Shown: positions 50,421 to 51,249 of the stretch, piece after piece
Layout of the letters: the number at the start of each line of letters is the position of its first letter
Numbering within the stretch: position 1 is the stretch's first letter
Made by a program: the position numbers and the translations under genes
NCBI GenBank assembly: GCA_001938485.1
Contig: MQRK01172036.1
Location: forward strand, 1-51,249
DNA from: Girardia tigrina
Taxonomy: Eukaryota
DNA: 51,249 bases
Reading direction: 5' to 3'
The notes under the pieces: model-generated
Told to the model about the DNA's origin: nothing
Databases searched by the model: none
The model's input: only the letters and a program-made list of their open reading frames with translations

Positions 50421-51249
50421 TTTATTGTTCTTCTTCTTTACTCAAATAAAAAAAAATCTTTATAATTTTTATAAACCTTAAAAAAATTTATAACTTTTAA
50501 TTGATATTGAAAACAAAAAGTAAAAAGAAATGACATTATTTGTAGATCAGAAAAATATGGAAACATATTCTTCCAGCGGTTGGGTCATAGGATGACCAGT
50601 AAAGTATCCTGGAAAACACTGAAGTGTCCACATATTTGTCAACTGATTTTCGTTGCTTAAACTAGACAACTAATTGAGAATAATATTTTTTTGTCTGATT
50701 ACCAAAACAAGAAGGGAATAAAACATGGCAATTTGAGTCTGCATAAATTTTAAATTATCTGTTGAAAAAAGATACAGACCAAAATATAAATCTACATTTG
50801 GCATGGGTATAAGAAAATAAGACTGATAAAATTGATACACTGGACGATAATCAAGTGTCGGAGTTTTCTGTACACAAATATCTTTTGTACATAAAATTCA
50901 ATTAGTTCAATTATTTTTCTGTTTTCTTTTTTTTAACTTTTGTAGTGTTTTTATAATCAGAAAGCTTTTTTTCCTTTTAAATAATGCAAAACTAATTTCG
51001 TATTCTTTTTCAAATAAACATAGACAATGTACATGGAACAATTTATAATTTGAATAGAAATATAATAAATGTTGAATTTAGATAATGGTAAATAAATAAA
51101 TAAATAAAATTAATTTATCGAATTTCAGAAGCTTAAAAAGTTATAAAAGCGTTTTTTTATTTTATTTTCGAATATTCAAAATTTGTTTCATTTTTTTTAA
51201 ATTAAACCTTAGTAGGGGAAAAATGGGCATTCTGCCTACACCCCCCCCC

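Overview
Very AT-rich eukaryotic (metazoan) genomic DNA with five assembly gaps; the repeat content is reminiscent of a planarian/flatworm genome, which is an inference only. The one convincing host-gene piece is a 151-bp internal exon of an ELAV/Hu-like RRM gene on the minus strand (11549-11699). No other exon of it was found, so much of the window is probably its very large introns. There is also a beta-tubulin pseudogene fragment (46392-46690). The rest is nested transposon remnants: a Mutator-like element with a 9-bp TSD and two 'right' ends, mariner, rosa-like Tc1/mariner and pogo/Tigger elements, a Helitron, a Helentron-type HINE, Gypsy integrase/LTR pieces, and about ten Penelope-like retroelement (PLE) fragments, several ending in minimal hammerhead ribozymes (one with an intact core at 33203-33250). 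The most unusual signal is a PLE family present three times (6186-7585, 24619-25560, 44690-45300) whose GIY-YIG endonuclease is interrupted at the YIG motif by an insert encoding C2H2-type zinc fingers. All alignments were done by eye and coordinates of degenerate elements are approximate.
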